Below are positions 36,292-45,995 of a DNA stretch of 46,779 nucleotides, one piece after another. The stretch covers positions 1 through 46,779 of the forward strand of contig JBBTQR010000003.1 of NCBI GenBank assembly GCA_038065595.1. Reading direction: 5' to 3'. The notes under the pieces were generated by a model. That model searched no databases. It saw nothing but the letters and a program-made list of their open reading frames with translations, and was not told the origin of the DNA. A program made the position numbers and the translations under genes. This DNA comes from Patescibacteria group bacterium. GTDB taxonomy: Bacteria; Patescibacteriota; Minisyncoccia; Sungbacterales; JBBTQR01. How positions within the stretch are numbered: position 1 is the stretch's first letter; every line of letters begins with the position of its first letter.

Positions 36292-36309
36292 TTGTAAGCA
36301 CTTGTACAT

Positions 36310-36567
36310 ATGCTTTCTAAAGAATTAGAATATCTGCTCGCGGCCACAAACATTCCAAAAACAGAATGGCGTTATTGGCGCGGGATGATTTCGTTGCCAG
36401 AAGCGCAACGGGAAAATCTTTTTAAAATACTCCAAACAGCTGATGACTCCGAAATCCAAACTATGCACACGCTGATTAAAGAAAAAACCGATCTTTTACA
36501 ATCGCGTGACAAGAAAGGGCTTGGAAAACTTCTCGCTCTGGAAAATAATCTTCTTAAAAATATATGA
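36310..36567 (+). CDS. Hypothetical small protein (85 aa), translationally coupled to the S41 peptidase gene
   Basis: ATGA stop/start overlap at 36564-36567 and a promoter directly upstream. No family recognised. Confidence 0.6.
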   Translation: MLSKELEYLLAATNIPKTEWRYWRGMISLPEAQRENLFKILQTADDSEIQTMHTLIKEKTDLLQSRDKKGLGKLLALENNLLKNI

Positions 36568-38132
36568 CAGAATATCCGCCGTTTCCTTTTGAGAAAATAA
36601 TGCAAAAATCCGAAACATCCGAACAAAAAAATTCACTGGAGGCAGAAATGCTGGAACAGGAAGAGGCGATTGTGGACAAAACGAGAGACGCAATAGAAAA
36701 AGAGCGCGATCCGAAAAAACAATCGCGGCTTTTGAGCATGGTGACCGCAATTACGCTTAGCACCGCTATTGCTACTGGCAACATGAACGGCGCTTTCGCG
36801 GAAGAAAAAACATATCAATCGCAACAAGAAAAATCAACAATTGAAAGCGTTCTAATCATGTCGGAAGAAGAAGAAAGAGAAAAAATAGACACCGCCGTAC
36901 TCGCTCTCGTTGAACGCGCCTATTACAAATCGATAGATATGGGCTCATGCAAAAACGAAATCACTCAATTCATACACACCGAACAAGAGCGGCAAAAATC
37001 TGAAGCAAAGGAGAACAAAAATATTCCCTGCTTAGATCAGTATTCAAAATATGTTTCGGCAGAACGGGCTGAACAACGTGAACAAAATATGTCATCATCA
37101 TATGCGGGCGTGGGGGTTTACTTAAAGGCTGTAAACGAAGGCGTAGTAATTGTATATGTATATGATAACTCCCCAGCAGAACACGCGGGATTAAAAGCGG
37201 GAGACAGGATTATTTCAATCCACGATAACGAAAAAGAGTCGCGATTTGAAAAATCAAACAACATAGTGCCATCGGAAGTAACCGACAAATTCCGAGGAAA
37301 ACCAGGAACGGTTATCAGCGTTATTGTTGAGCGGGAAGGAAAAACTATAACCATTCCATCAATAGAGCGCGTGCCACTTGAAAATCAGTCCATTTTAAAA
37401 AAACGATTTTCTCCAAATGTCGGCTACGCGCGCATTACCCGTTTTGGAAACGGCACCACGCGTCAATTTATACAAGCCGTACACACCATGAACAAAAACG
37501 GCGAACTTGCCTCACTTATTATCGATGTGCGAGACAATGGTGGCGGAAAAAACACAGAAGTTTTGGAAATTTTGCGCCTCTTTACAAAAAATCCGAATGC
37601 CACTGTCGAATCAATTGTACATCGCAATGCCGAAAATAATTTCACGATACGAGCACAAGATATTACGCCTGATAATAATAATCAAATTACCACACAACCT
37701 TCACAATCCGCTGAAACAGCAAAACCCGAACTCGGCTCTTTTACTAATATTCCACGCATTATTGTCCTCATAAACCACGACAGCGCCTCCGCTTCGGAAG
37801 CGCTCGCGGCAGTTCTCCAAGAATGGAAAGCGTTGGTCATCGGAGAAAAATCATTTGGGAAAGCGGTTGCGCAATTCGTTTACCGAATTTTGGACGGATC
37901 AGAGCTTTGGCTCACAACTAGCCAACTCTTATACGGAGAAGCGCGCCGAGATATTAACGAAAAAGGCATCGCGCCTGATATAGAAGTAAAATGGGAAAAG
38001 CGCAATAATCAAACGGATGAAAATTTTATACTGGAGCGTATGAACGCGCTGGGAGATCCAAAGCGCGACCCCCAACTCCAAAAAGCATTAGAAATTTTGC
38101 AGGAAAAAATTACACAATCACCTGTTCAATGA
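36564..38132 (+). CDS. S41-family C-terminal processing peptidase with PDZ domain
   Basis: PDZ GLKAGDRIISI, S41 core DVRDNGGG, catalytic-Ser context SASASE, and Lys context GEKSFGKA. The N-terminal region is long and acidic, with one TM helix. Confidence 0.85.
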   Translation: MTEYPPFPFEKIMQKSETSEQKNSLEAEMLEQEEAIVDKTRDAIEKERDPKKQSRLLSMVTAITLSTAIATGNMNGAFAEEKTYQSQQEKSTIESVLIMSEEEEREKIDTAVLALVERAYYKSIDMGSCKNEITQFIHTEQERQKSEAKENKNIPCLDQYSKYVSAERAEQREQNMSSSYAGVGVYLKAVNEGVVIVYVYDNSPAEHAGLKAGDRIISIHDNEKESRFEKSNNIVPSEVTDKFRGKPGTVISVIVEREGKTITIPSIERVPLENQSILKKRFSPNVGYARITRFGNGTTRQFIQAVHTMNKNGELASLIIDVRDNGGGKNTEVLEILRLFTKNPNATVESIVHRNAENNFTIRAQDITPDNNNQITTQPSQSAETAKPELGSFTNIPRIIVLINHDSASASEALAAVLQEWKALVIGEKSFGKAVAQFVYRILDGSELWLTTSQLLYGEARRDINEKGIAPDIEVKWEKRNNQTDENFILERMNALGDPKRDPQLQKALEILQEKITQSPVQ

Positions 38133-38136
38133 AACT

Positions 38137-38161
38137 AAAACCCGCCAACTGGCGGGTTTTT
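38137..38161. terminator. Bidirectional terminator between the S41 peptidase gene and clpP
   Basis: aaaa cccgcc aact ggcggg tttt. Confidence 0.8.
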
Positions 38162-38170
38162 AAATGAATT

Positions 38171-38791
38171 CTATTTAACGCTTTTTCTCTTAATAATCTC
38201 ATCAACAATTCCGTATTTTTTTGCTTCTTCGGCAGTGAGCCAGTAATCGCGGTCTGTGTCTTGTTCAATTTTGCTTTCTGACTGACCCGTGTGCTTTGCG
38301 AGGATTTCGTTCAGATGTTTTTTCATTCGCTCAATGTGCTTAGCGGCGATTAAAATTTCCGTTGCCTGCCCTTCTGCGCCACCCATGACCTGATGAATGA
38401 GAACTTCTGAATTAGGAAGCGTAAATCGTTTACCCTTTGCTCCCGCCGCGAGCAGTACCGCGGAAGCGGATGCCGCGATACCGATACAAATAGTTGAGAT
38501 ATCGGCTTTCACGAACTCCATCGTGTCATAAATCGCCAATGCCGCGGTAACCGAACCGCCGGGAGAATTAACATACAATTTAATGTCTGCTTTTGAATCT
38601 TGTGAATCAAGAAATAAAAGCTGGGCAATAACGGCATTTGCCATTCCATCGGTAATTGGGCCGGCAAGAAAAACAATCCGCTCTTTTAAAAGTCGTGAAT
38701 AAATGTCGTATGCGCGCTCACCATACGGCGTTTTTTCAATAACGGTCGGAACGAGATATTGCGCGTATTGTTCTTTATGTTCTTTTTCCAT
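38171..38791 (-). CDS. clpP: ATP-dependent Clp protease proteolytic subunit
   Basis: Canonical ClpP sequence ([15 protein letters not shown], catalytic-Ser context [16 protein letters not shown]). Confidence 0.96.
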   Translation of the reverse strand: MEKEHKEQYAQYLVPTVIEKTPYGERAYDIYSRLLKERIVFLAGPITDGMANAVIAQLLFLDSQDSKADIKLYVNSPGGSVTAALAIYDTMEFVKADISTICIGIAASASAVLLAAGAKGKRFTLPNSEVLIHQVMGGAEGQATEILIAAKHIERMKKHLNEILAKHTGQSESKIEQDTDRDYWLTAEEAKKYGIVDEIIKRKSVK

Positions 38792-38808
38792 GTGTGTAGT
38801 CGCGTTGA

Positions 38809-40089
38809 TTATGACTGCTTTTCTAAAAACTCAAATACTTTTTTATTTCGGAGGACACTTCTACTATAATCCGCAAGAGCGTTTTTGTCTATTTTTTCAA
38901 CATTGTGTCCTTCGGCGCGAAACATATCAAGGTTTTTATTCATATGCGCTTCAATATCTTCTTCGGATGGCTCAATGTGTTCTATGGTGGCAATAGCGCG
39001 AAGCGCTAACGCGATAACGACCCTTCGCTCTGCGTCTGTGCGCCATTCTTTTTTCAAGTCCTCTTCGGTTTTTTTACTATGTTCAAGATATTTCCCAATT
39101 TCCATTCCCATATTCTTAAGATTATCCTCAAACTCTCGCATCATCTTATTAAGCTCCGAATCAATCAAAACATCCGGCACTTCAACTTTTGATTTTTCGG
39201 CAATCTGATGAGCGATTGCCATGTCAATTCTTTGCCGTTCTTTTTCTTCCTTTTCCTTTTTTAATCCATCACTAATACTAAGTTTCATTTCTTCCACACT
39301 TTTAAAATTCCCAACACCAATTGAAAAATCGTTGGTTAATTCCGGCAGTTTTCGTTCCTGTACCAATTTCATAGTTACCGAAAAGTCCATTTTCTTACCG
39401 CCAAAACCATTTGCGCGCTCTTTTGGCATAACCAATTGAAAATTTTTAATTTCACCCGCCTTCATTCCGAGTAATTGATCTTCAAATCCCGCCACGAACT
39501 TTCCAGACCCCACTATGAGCGGATGGTTTTCGGATTTTCCGCCCTCAATTATTACGCCATTATCCTTTACGACAAAATCTATTTCCACGCGATCATCTTT
39601 TTGAGCAGTGCGCGGAACGGTGATTATTTTCGCGCGCGATTCACGAAGCCACTGTACGGATTCATCGATTTCTTTTTTATCAACGAAAATTTCTTTTTTT
39701 TCTTGCAATGTTTTTTTTGCAATTGCTCCATAATCCGGCGGAAGTGTTATCTCTGGAAAAACCGTTGCCCTAAGGGTGAAAGAAATATTGGGTTCGTGTT
39801 TTATTGCCTGAACATTGGGCTTCTCAATAATATCAAGCTTTTCTTTGGCGACAATCTCTTCATAATATTTTTGTATTGCTAATTCCATCGCAAGCGCCTG
39901 TATACGCTCCTCCCCAACGCGCTCTTTTACCATCGCGTGAGGCGCCTTGCCAGGACGAAATCCTTCAATATGAGCTTCTTTCACGGCATCAACAACCGCT
40001 GTTTTCAAAAACACATCAAATTCATCCTTAGACAAGGAAACTAAAATTTCTATTTGCGCTTTTGGGATTTTTTTTATAGTGTAATTCAT
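38809..40089 (-). CDS. tig: Trigger factor
   Basis: N-terminal ribosome-binding motif GFRPGKAP and a central FKBP-like domain. Lies upstream of clpP, as in many bacteria. Confidence 0.92.
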   Translation of the reverse strand: MNYTIKKIPKAQIEILVSLSKDEFDVFLKTAVVDAVKEAHIEGFRPGKAPHAMVKERVGEERIQALAMELAIQKYYEEIVAKEKLDIIEKPNVQAIKHEPNISFTLRATVFPEITLPPDYGAIAKKTLQEKKEIFVDKKEIDESVQWLRESRAKIITVPRTAQKDDRVEIDFVVKDNGVIIEGGKSENHPLIVGSGKFVAGFEDQLLGMKAGEIKNFQLVMPKERANGFGGKKMDFSVTMKLVQERKLPELTNDFSIGVGNFKSVEEMKLSISDGLKKEKEEKERQRIDMAIAHQIAEKSKVEVPDVLIDSELNKMMREFEDNLKNMGMEIGKYLEHSKKTEEDLKKEWRTDAERRVVIALALRAIATIEHIEPSEEDIEAHMNKNLDMFRAEGHNVEKIDKNALADYSRSVLRNKKVFEFLEKQS

Positions 40090-40114
40090 AGAACCTTTTT
40101 ATAGGAGGGATACT

Positions 40115-40405
40115 ATGGCATCAGAAGAACCTCGTCTTGGTAGATTATTGCGTAAGCAGGAAATCTGTATCGGATCCATTCAAGCGTTTTGTGATATATG
40201 CGGAATACTTGCCGATATAAATGATACTCGTGAAGCCTCTGTGCTTGATTATAAATCAGAAGCCGCGTGGAAAAATAAGTCGCATCCCCGTCAACTTTTT
40301 ATTCTTGCGTGCACTCCCTGCTGGAACGCGCGAATGTTTTTTGAAACAATAAACGGAAAACTCTATCCACCCCCGCCACAGTCAGACGATCGCCCCCGCA
40401 TATAA
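40115..40405 (+). CDS. Small zinc-ribbon-like protein (CxxC...CxxC)
   Basis: SD AGGAGG 6 nt upstream of the ATG. The Cys pairs CDIC and CTPC lie about 45 residues apart. Its own terminator overlaps the stop codon. Confidence 0.6.
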   Translation: MASEEPRLGRLLRKQEICIGSIQAFCDICGILADINDTREASVLDYKSEAAWKNKSHPRQLFILACTPCWNARMFFETINGKLYPPPPQSDDRPRI

Positions 40406-40419
40406 CGGGGGTATTTTTA
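40393..40419 (+). terminator. Intrinsic terminator of the zinc-ribbon gene
   Basis: cccccg catataa cggggg followed by tattttta. Confidence 0.7.
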
Positions 40420-40590
40420 TATCAAGTTCCTAATACCACCAATACATATACTATGAACAAAAGTCGCGAAAATTTATAAATGAAGCGACAAAGAAAAAGT
40501 TGGTCGTGTCCGTGAATGTATGCGCGTTTTTCTTATCGCCGTAGTAATAATTTTTAAAATTTTAGATTCAAAAATTAATTAGGGATAGCA

Positions 40591-42579
40591 TCACATCAAT
40601 CGCGCCAAAAGCAATGCGACAATGTTTACAATTTTAATCATTGGATTTATCGCTGGACCAGCCGTGTCCTTGTATGGATCGCCAACGGTATCACCGGTAA
40701 TCGCCGCTTGATGTGCCAAAGATTTTTTACCGCCGTAATTTCCCTCTTCAATAAACTTTTTCGCATTATCCCACGCCGCTCCTCCGGCTGTCATTGAAAT
40801 AGCGACAAAAATTCCCGAAATAATTGAACCCATCAAAAGCCCGCCAATGACTTCGGCTGCGTGCGCTCCCATAAGAAAGAAAATTACGATAGGAACCACA
40901 ACAGGAAGAAGTGCGGGCGCAATCATCTCGTGAATTGCCGCTTTGGTAACAATATCAACAGTCCGTGCATAATCGGGTTTTGAGGTTCCGTCCATAATCC
41001 CTTTATTTTCACGAAATTGCCGACGAACATCTTCAACGACTGCCTTTCCTGCACGCCCAACAGCTTTTAGCGCCATTGAAGAAAAAATATATGGCATAGA
41101 CGCTCCGAGAAAAAGTCCAACCACAATATATGGATTCGTAAGATCAAATTTTGTTTCAAGTCCAAAAAGTTTAAGGTCTTGGACATACGAGGCGAACAAA
41201 ACCAAACTCGCAAGACCAGCTGAACCAATTGCGTATCCCTTTGTGATTGCCTTCGTTGTATTTCCAACTGAATCAAGGGCATCCGTAACCCGTCGCACAT
41301 CTTCTGAAAGCCCCGACATCTCCGCAATGCCTCCTGCGTTATCTGTAATTGGCCCAAACGCATCAATGGCAATAATCATACCCGCGAGCGAAAGCATTGC
41401 CATAGCGGCAACTGCAATCCCAAAAATACCAAAAATCCAATACGCCGAAAGAATCCCCGCGCAAATTACGAGTACTGGCGCAATAGTTGCCTCCATTGAA
41501 ACTGAAAGCCCCATGATAATATTGGTCGCGTGTCCCGTGGTGGATGCGTGCGCAATAGACCTGACAGGACGAAATTGCTTTGCTGTATAATATTCAGTGA
41601 CAAGAATCAAAAGCCATGTCACAACCAATCCAACGATTCCCGCCCCGTATATTTGACTAGAAATTTCTCGCGGAAAAAACGCTAATGACACAGGCAGAAA
41701 AAGAATAGCTGAAATAACCGCAGACACGGCAAGACCCTTATAAAGTCCGTTCATAATCTTTTCGGCGTCATCCCTTACATACACAAAAAAAGTTCCAATA
41801 ATTGATGCAAAAATCGCAACCGCCCCAATCATAAGCGGGAAATAAGCAATGGCATCATTCTCGGGAAAAAGCGATGATCCTAAAAGCATCACGGCAATTG
41901 CCGTTACAACATAAGTTTCAAAAAGATCAGCCGCCATTCCAGCATCATCGCCAACATTATCCCCGACATTATCGGCGATAACAGCAGGATTTCTTATATC
42001 ATCTTCCGGAATTCCAGCCTCAATTTTTCCAACAAGGTCAGCACCAATATCAGCGCCCTTCGTATAAATACCCCCCCCTAATCGCGCAAAAATAGAAATC
42101 AGCGAACCGCCAAAACCAAGACCAATAAGAGCGGTGAGGTCTTTAAAATACGCAAAAAATACCGTGGTAATAAAAAGCGCTATACCAACAACAAAAAAAC
42201 CGGTAACCGATCCGCCACGAAACGCGATTTTGAAAGCGCCTGATATTCCTCCGCGCGCTGCCTCCGCTGTCTTCGCGTTTGTTTCAACGGCAGTCATCAT
42301 GCCTAAGTACCCAGCAAGCCCGGAACCGAACGCACCAACAAGAAAACCGAAAGCGGTCGTAAAATTAAAAAAATACCAGATAAGCAGGGCGATGACGAGA
42401 GAAACCCAAAAAACCGTTTTATTTTGGCGCGAAAGATACGCGCGAGACCCTTCGCGAATCGCGTTTTGAATTTCAATCATTGTTTCGTTCCCGCAACTTT
42501 TGTTTTTAAGAGAACGAATAAGGTATATGGCAAAACCAATGGAAACAAATGAAGCAAACAACGGAATAATTATAAACAT
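40591..42579 (-). CDS. hppA: Membrane-integral H+-translocating pyrophosphatase, K+-independent signature
   Basis: About 16 TM helices, the DNVGDNVGD motif, and [16 protein letters not shown], where the Lys/Thr pair is associated with K+-independent enzymes. Confidence 0.93.
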   Translation of the reverse strand: MFIIIPLFASFVSIGFAIYLIRSLKNKSCGNETMIEIQNAIREGSRAYLSRQNKTVFWVSLVIALLIWYFFNFTTAFGFLVGAFGSGLAGYLGMMTAVETNAKTAEAARGGISGAFKIAFRGGSVTGFFVVGIALFITTVFFAYFKDLTALIGLGFGGSLISIFARLGGGIYTKGADIGADLVGKIEAGIPEDDIRNPAVIADNVGDNVGDDAGMAADLFETYVVTAIAVMLLGSSLFPENDAIAYFPLMIGAVAIFASIIGTFFVYVRDDAEKIMNGLYKGLAVSAVISAILFLPVSLAFFPREISSQIYGAGIVGLVVTWLLILVTEYYTAKQFRPVRSIAHASTTGHATNIIMGLSVSMEATIAPVLVICAGILSAYWIFGIFGIAVAAMAMLSLAGMIIAIDAFGPITDNAGGIAEMSGLSEDVRRVTDALDSVGNTTKAITKGYAIGSAGLASLVLFASYVQDLKLFGLETKFDLTNPYIVVGLFLGASMPYIFSSMALKAVGRAGKAVVEDVRRQFRENKGIMDGTSKPDYARTVDIVTKAAIHEMIAPALLPVVVPIVIFFLMGAHAAEVIGGLLMGSIISGIFVAISMTAGGAAWDNAKKFIEEGNYGGKKSLAHQAAITGDTVGDPYKDTAGPAINPMIKIVNIVALLLARLM

Positions 42580-42618
42580 ATATTTTAAATTATGGAATAA
42601 AAAAGCGCGACATCATAT

Positions 42619-43968
42619 TTAGACCTCGTCTTCTTTTTTACTATTCTTTTTTTTACGCGGCGCTTTTTGGTCCGTGCTTTTTGCTTTTGATTTTTCTTCC
42701 GGTTTTTTTTCTTGTTTTTCAACCTCTGTCTTTTTCTCTAATTCCGCAGACGCACCCTCTTCCAAAATAATAGCAGGCTCGCTCGGCTTAGCATCAGACC
42801 GAAGGTCTATTTTCCAGCCAGAAAGCTTTGCGGCAAGACGGACATTCTGCCCCCTTTTTCCAATAGCAAGGGACAGCTCATCATTTGGAACGAGAACTCG
42901 CGCCTCTTTTCGTACGGCATCAAGTTCAACGCTTACCACTTTTGCCGGTGATAAAGCGTTTCCAATGAATGTCGCCGGATCATCAGACCACTCAATAATA
43001 TCAACTTTCTCGCCCCCAAGTTCATTAATAACCGCCATTACACGAACTCCTTTTTGTCCAACAAGAGAACCAACGGGATCAACTCCTTCCTCATGAGAAA
43101 CAACGGCGACTTTTGATCGTGACCCGGCTTCGCGAGCTATTGAACGAAGCTCAACCGCTCCAGACGCGACTTCGGGCACCTCAACTTCAAAAAGATTGAG
43201 GAGGAGTTTTGGATGCGAACGAGAAAGAAAAATACCGGGTCCGCGTGGATTTTCTTGCACCGAAAGAATAATACATTTAATGCGTCCTCCAACGCGATAC
43301 TGTTCAAATGGAATCTGTTCTTCCGGCGGAAGAACCGCAATCGTCCGCCCAATGTCAACAAAAATAATGCGCCCTTCAACCCGTTGAACAAGGCCCGAAA
43401 CAATTGTCCCTTCTTTTGATTTAAATTCAGTGAAAATTGACGATCGCTCTGCCTCGCGAATCCGCTGAATAATGACCTGTTTTGCGGTTTGCGCCGCGAT
43501 ACGACCATAATCAATATGAGACTCCAGAGAAAATGCGACTTCGTCGCCAATCTTCACATCGCTCTGCGTTTTTTGCGCTTCATCAAGCATGATGTGTTTC
43601 TCCGGATTAAATCGCACCTTTTTTTCTCCCTCGCCGATCGGCTCATCATCGTCGTCGTCCGTTCTTCGCGGACGGCGCCCTCCCTCCGCAAGAGCGGCTT
43701 CGGCATCAATAAGTTTGCGTTGCTCCTCTTCCGCGATCTCTTCTTCTGTTTTCAGCATTGACTCATCAATAACAATTTTAATCTGCCGAAAAGCAATGTT
43801 TCCGGTTTTTTGATCAAATGAAACGCGAATAATCTGTCCGCGCTTTCCATAATCTTTTTTATACGCCGCGGCGATTGCCATTTCTACCGTTTCTAAAACT
43901 CTCGCGACATCGAGGCCCTTTTCCTCGGCAATCTGTTGAAGGGCGATTTGCATTGATTTTAGATCCAC
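42619..43968 (-). CDS. nusA: Transcription termination/antitermination factor NusA
   Basis: N-terminal domain, S1 domain and two KH domains (GQKGVRV.., IGKRGQNVRLA). It carries an acidic/basic insertion and a Lys-rich C-terminal tail. It has a GTG start; the alternative ATG is at 43953. Confidence 0.92.
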   Translation of the reverse strand: MDLKSMQIALQQIAEEKGLDVARVLETVEMAIAAAYKKDYGKRGQIIRVSFDQKTGNIAFRQIKIVIDESMLKTEEEIAEEEQRKLIDAEAALAEGGRRPRRTDDDDDEPIGEGEKKVRFNPEKHIMLDEAQKTQSDVKIGDEVAFSLESHIDYGRIAAQTAKQVIIQRIREAERSSIFTEFKSKEGTIVSGLVQRVEGRIIFVDIGRTIAVLPPEEQIPFEQYRVGGRIKCIILSVQENPRGPGIFLSRSHPKLLLNLFEVEVPEVASGAVELRSIAREAGSRSKVAVVSHEEGVDPVGSLVGQKGVRVMAVINELGGEKVDIIEWSDDPATFIGNALSPAKVVSVELDAVRKEARVLVPNDELSLAIGKRGQNVRLAAKLSGWKIDLRSDAKPSEPAIILEEGASAELEKKTEVEKQEKKPEEKSKAKSTDQKAPRKKKNSKKEDEV

Positions 43969-44086
43969 AATTTTTAGCTTTGTTGACCATCACTTCGTTA
44001 GCTTTTTAATACCCCTAAAAAACCAGAAGTTGAAAGCCATTAGCCTTTAAAAAAAGAAAATCCCGTTTTCATACGGGTCTTTTTAT

Positions 44087-44114
44087 AGCATAGCACCCAT
44101 AAAAAAGATGTCAA
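44087..44114 (-). promoter_or_regulatory. Candidate nusA promoter
   Basis: Minus strand: TTGACA (44114-44109), 16-nt spacer, TATGCT (44092-44087), about 110 nt upstream of the nusA start. Confidence 0.45.
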
Positions 44115-44131
44115 ACAAAAATAAGCGTACA

Positions 44132-44309
44132 TTCGCTAGGTAATAAAGAGTACTTTGTTCCCGTCGCTTTTCGCCTCCTCGGCGAAACACAGGGAAACAC
44201 TTTTTGTCCGCCAGAGGCGGATAAAGTTTCCCGTCAAAGCTTCCCCAAAGCTTTGACCTCGGAAGCATACGCTGCTGCGTACGCTTCCCGATCTTCGCTA
44301 GGTAATAAA
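44132..44309 (+). repeat. Family-1 multi-hairpin repeat, copy C (44209-44309), preceded by an extra tail motif and more hairpins
   Basis: The copy matches copies A and B over about 100 nt. The tail ttcgctaggtaataa also occurs alone at 44132-44146. Additional hairpins lie at 44170-44186 and 44209-44221. Confidence 0.85.
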
Positions 44310-44335
44310 AACGCCGGTTGTTAAGAACAACCGGC
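44305..44335 (-). terminator. Intrinsic terminator of the CPBP protease gene
   Basis: 10-bp stem gccggttgtt/aacaaccggc, 3-nt loop. On the minus strand it is followed by gttttta. Confidence 0.75.
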
Positions 44336-44351
44336 AAACCTACTTGATGTT

Positions 44352-45083
44352 TCAGACTGCGCGTATCGTCAGAATAAGAAGAAGAAGTACCAACAAGGAG
44401 TTGTATAGCGTGTGGTAAGCGGTACTCGTCATTACTGCCTCATCCTCCAAATCTGATACTACCCCTACTCTGATTTCGCCCCTTACACCAACATCTCTAG
44501 CTCGCTCTTTGACTTGCTGTGTTTCTTCCAAAAAAGAAGCGAAAACCTTATTCTGATTGCGTAATGCAGTTCGATACTTACACGCATAGAAGAAACCGAC
44601 ACCAATGAGCGCGATAGCCGCTGCCAATGGAACGCCAACAAAAAGATGAATTAACCCAAACTTCACGGATTGAATCCAAATCTCTCTCCACTCATGATAG
44701 CCCCGTCTAAAAACCCTCTCTTCATAATGAGCCATAAACGGCAGTGCTATCAATAGGGTAGCGAAGAATAGCGGTGGCAGAAGCCGAACAAAGACGCTCG
44801 GCGATCCAGAACTTTCCAATACTGGCGCGATGATAATGTTGCCACCGCCTTTAATAAAGAGATTGAGCCAACCCCAACGAAAAATAGGAACATACTCCCA
44901 CAGAGCAAGAAAAGCGATGCTCGTCAGCGACAAAGCGCCAAGAACCTCAAAGAACATCTTAAAACGAAACATTTTCCACACAGACCAGACAAAACTCATA
45001 CGGTCCCTGTTGGAATAGAGTTGATAAACAACACTGCCTATTGCCAATATAGCCAGCGGTAGCTTGAAATCAGTCCAAACCAT
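44352..45083 (-). CDS. CPBP-family intramembrane glutamic endopeptidase (CAAX protease-like)
   Basis: Multi-TM protein with motif 1 EERVFRRG, motif 2 FGLIHL and motif 3 YHTLYN. Confidence 0.8.
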   Translation of the reverse strand: MVWTDFKLPLAILAIGSVVYQLYSNRDRMSFVWSVWKMFRFKMFFEVLGALSLTSIAFLALWEYVPIFRWGWLNLFIKGGGNIIIAPVLESSGSPSVFVRLLPPLFFATLLIALPFMAHYEERVFRRGYHEWREIWIQSVKFGLIHLFVGVPLAAAIALIGVGFFYACKYRTALRNQNKVFASFLEETQQVKERARDVGVRGEIRVGVVSDLEDEAVMTSTAYHTLYNSLLVLLLLILTIRAV

Positions 45084-45209
45084 CGCGTTCCATGCCCCCT
45101 ATTGGTTGATTTTAAATGTTAAAGATGAGAATCCTAATCTGCTAAGATTTCAGCATATAATATTCACCAAATCAAATCAATCAAAAAATGCTACAATTTT
45201 ATCTACTAT

Positions 45210-45911
45210 ATGATTAAAAAAATATCATCTCATATTGAACGACATTTTAGAACGCCAAAAACACTAAGAAATATAGTTTTGGGGATTGCTGACGGCTTAA
45301 CCGTGCCTTTCGCTCTTGCCGCAGCAATTTCCGGCGCTTTATATTCAAATAATATCGTCATCGTTGCAAGCTTAGCGGAAATCGCAGCGGGAACAATTTC
45401 TATGGGATTAGGAGGGTATCTTGTGGCAAAAAGTGACGCAGAGCACTATAAAAACGAAGAACGGCGAGAACACAAAGAAGTAAAAGAACTACCCGAAACA
45501 GAACTAGCGGAAGTAAAAGGAATACTTCGCTCGTATGGATTGCAAGACGCGGAAGCAAATCTTGTGGCGACTGCTTTGCAAAACCGTCCGCAAGATTGGG
45601 TTGATTTTATGATGCGCTTTGAATTGGGATTGGAGCATCCACATCCGCGAGAAGCTCGCAATTCCGCCTTTACTCTCGGGATCTCGTACGCAATCGGTGG
45701 AATTATTCCGCTCTCTCCGTATTTTTTTATTGATAATACGCAGTCGGCCCTTATTGCGTCTTCGCTTTTAACGCTATCAGCGCTTTTTGTTTTCGGCTAT
45801 GTAAAAGGAGTCTATACGAGCAACGCGCCATTCAAAAGCGCCATTCAAACAACGGGTATTGGCGGACTCGCTGCCGCGACGGCCTTCACTATAGCAAGGC
45901 TTATTACTTAA
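45210..45911 (+). CDS. VIT1/CCC1-family iron/manganese transporter
   Basis: N-terminal VLGIADGLTVPFALAA, a central acidic soluble helix region, and C-terminal TM helices ending ..GGLAAATAFTIARL. Confidence 0.8.
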   Translation: MIKKISSHIERHFRTPKTLRNIVLGIADGLTVPFALAAAISGALYSNNIVIVASLAEIAAGTISMGLGGYLVAKSDAEHYKNEERREHKEVKELPETELAEVKGILRSYGLQDAEANLVATALQNRPQDWVDFMMRFELGLEHPHPREARNSAFTLGISYAIGGIIPLSPYFFIDNTQSALIASSLLTLSALFVFGYVKGVYTSNAPFKSAIQTTGIGGLAAATAFTIARLIT

Positions 45912-45995
45912 AATCTACCAAAAAAGTTCCGTGGGGGTTTTCTTTTTTTCTAAAATCAGTATTATGAAAAGCAACGCATAAACAATGAAACTGAC

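Noticed and set aside
40355-40392. Similarity of the 3' end of the zinc-ribbon gene (..GKLYPPP..) to the first hairpin region of the family-1 repeat
   Set aside because: The resemblance is short and gapped (aaactctatccacccccgcc versus aaactttatccgcctctggcgg). It lies inside a gene with good signals and is most likely chance.
2077-43550. Numerous 60-140-aa ORFs antisense to or out of frame within ftsH, gyrA, the pil genes, rny, hppA and nusA (for example 2077-2457, 10738-11133, 41243-41590, 42674-43096)
   Set aside because: These are shadow ORFs inside strongly supported conserved genes. They are low-complexity or compositionally biased and have no independent signals.
44083-44337. 84-aa minus-strand ORF upstream of nusA
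   Set aside because: It lies entirely within family-1 repeat copy C and the CPBP gene terminator, so it is a repeat-derived ORF.
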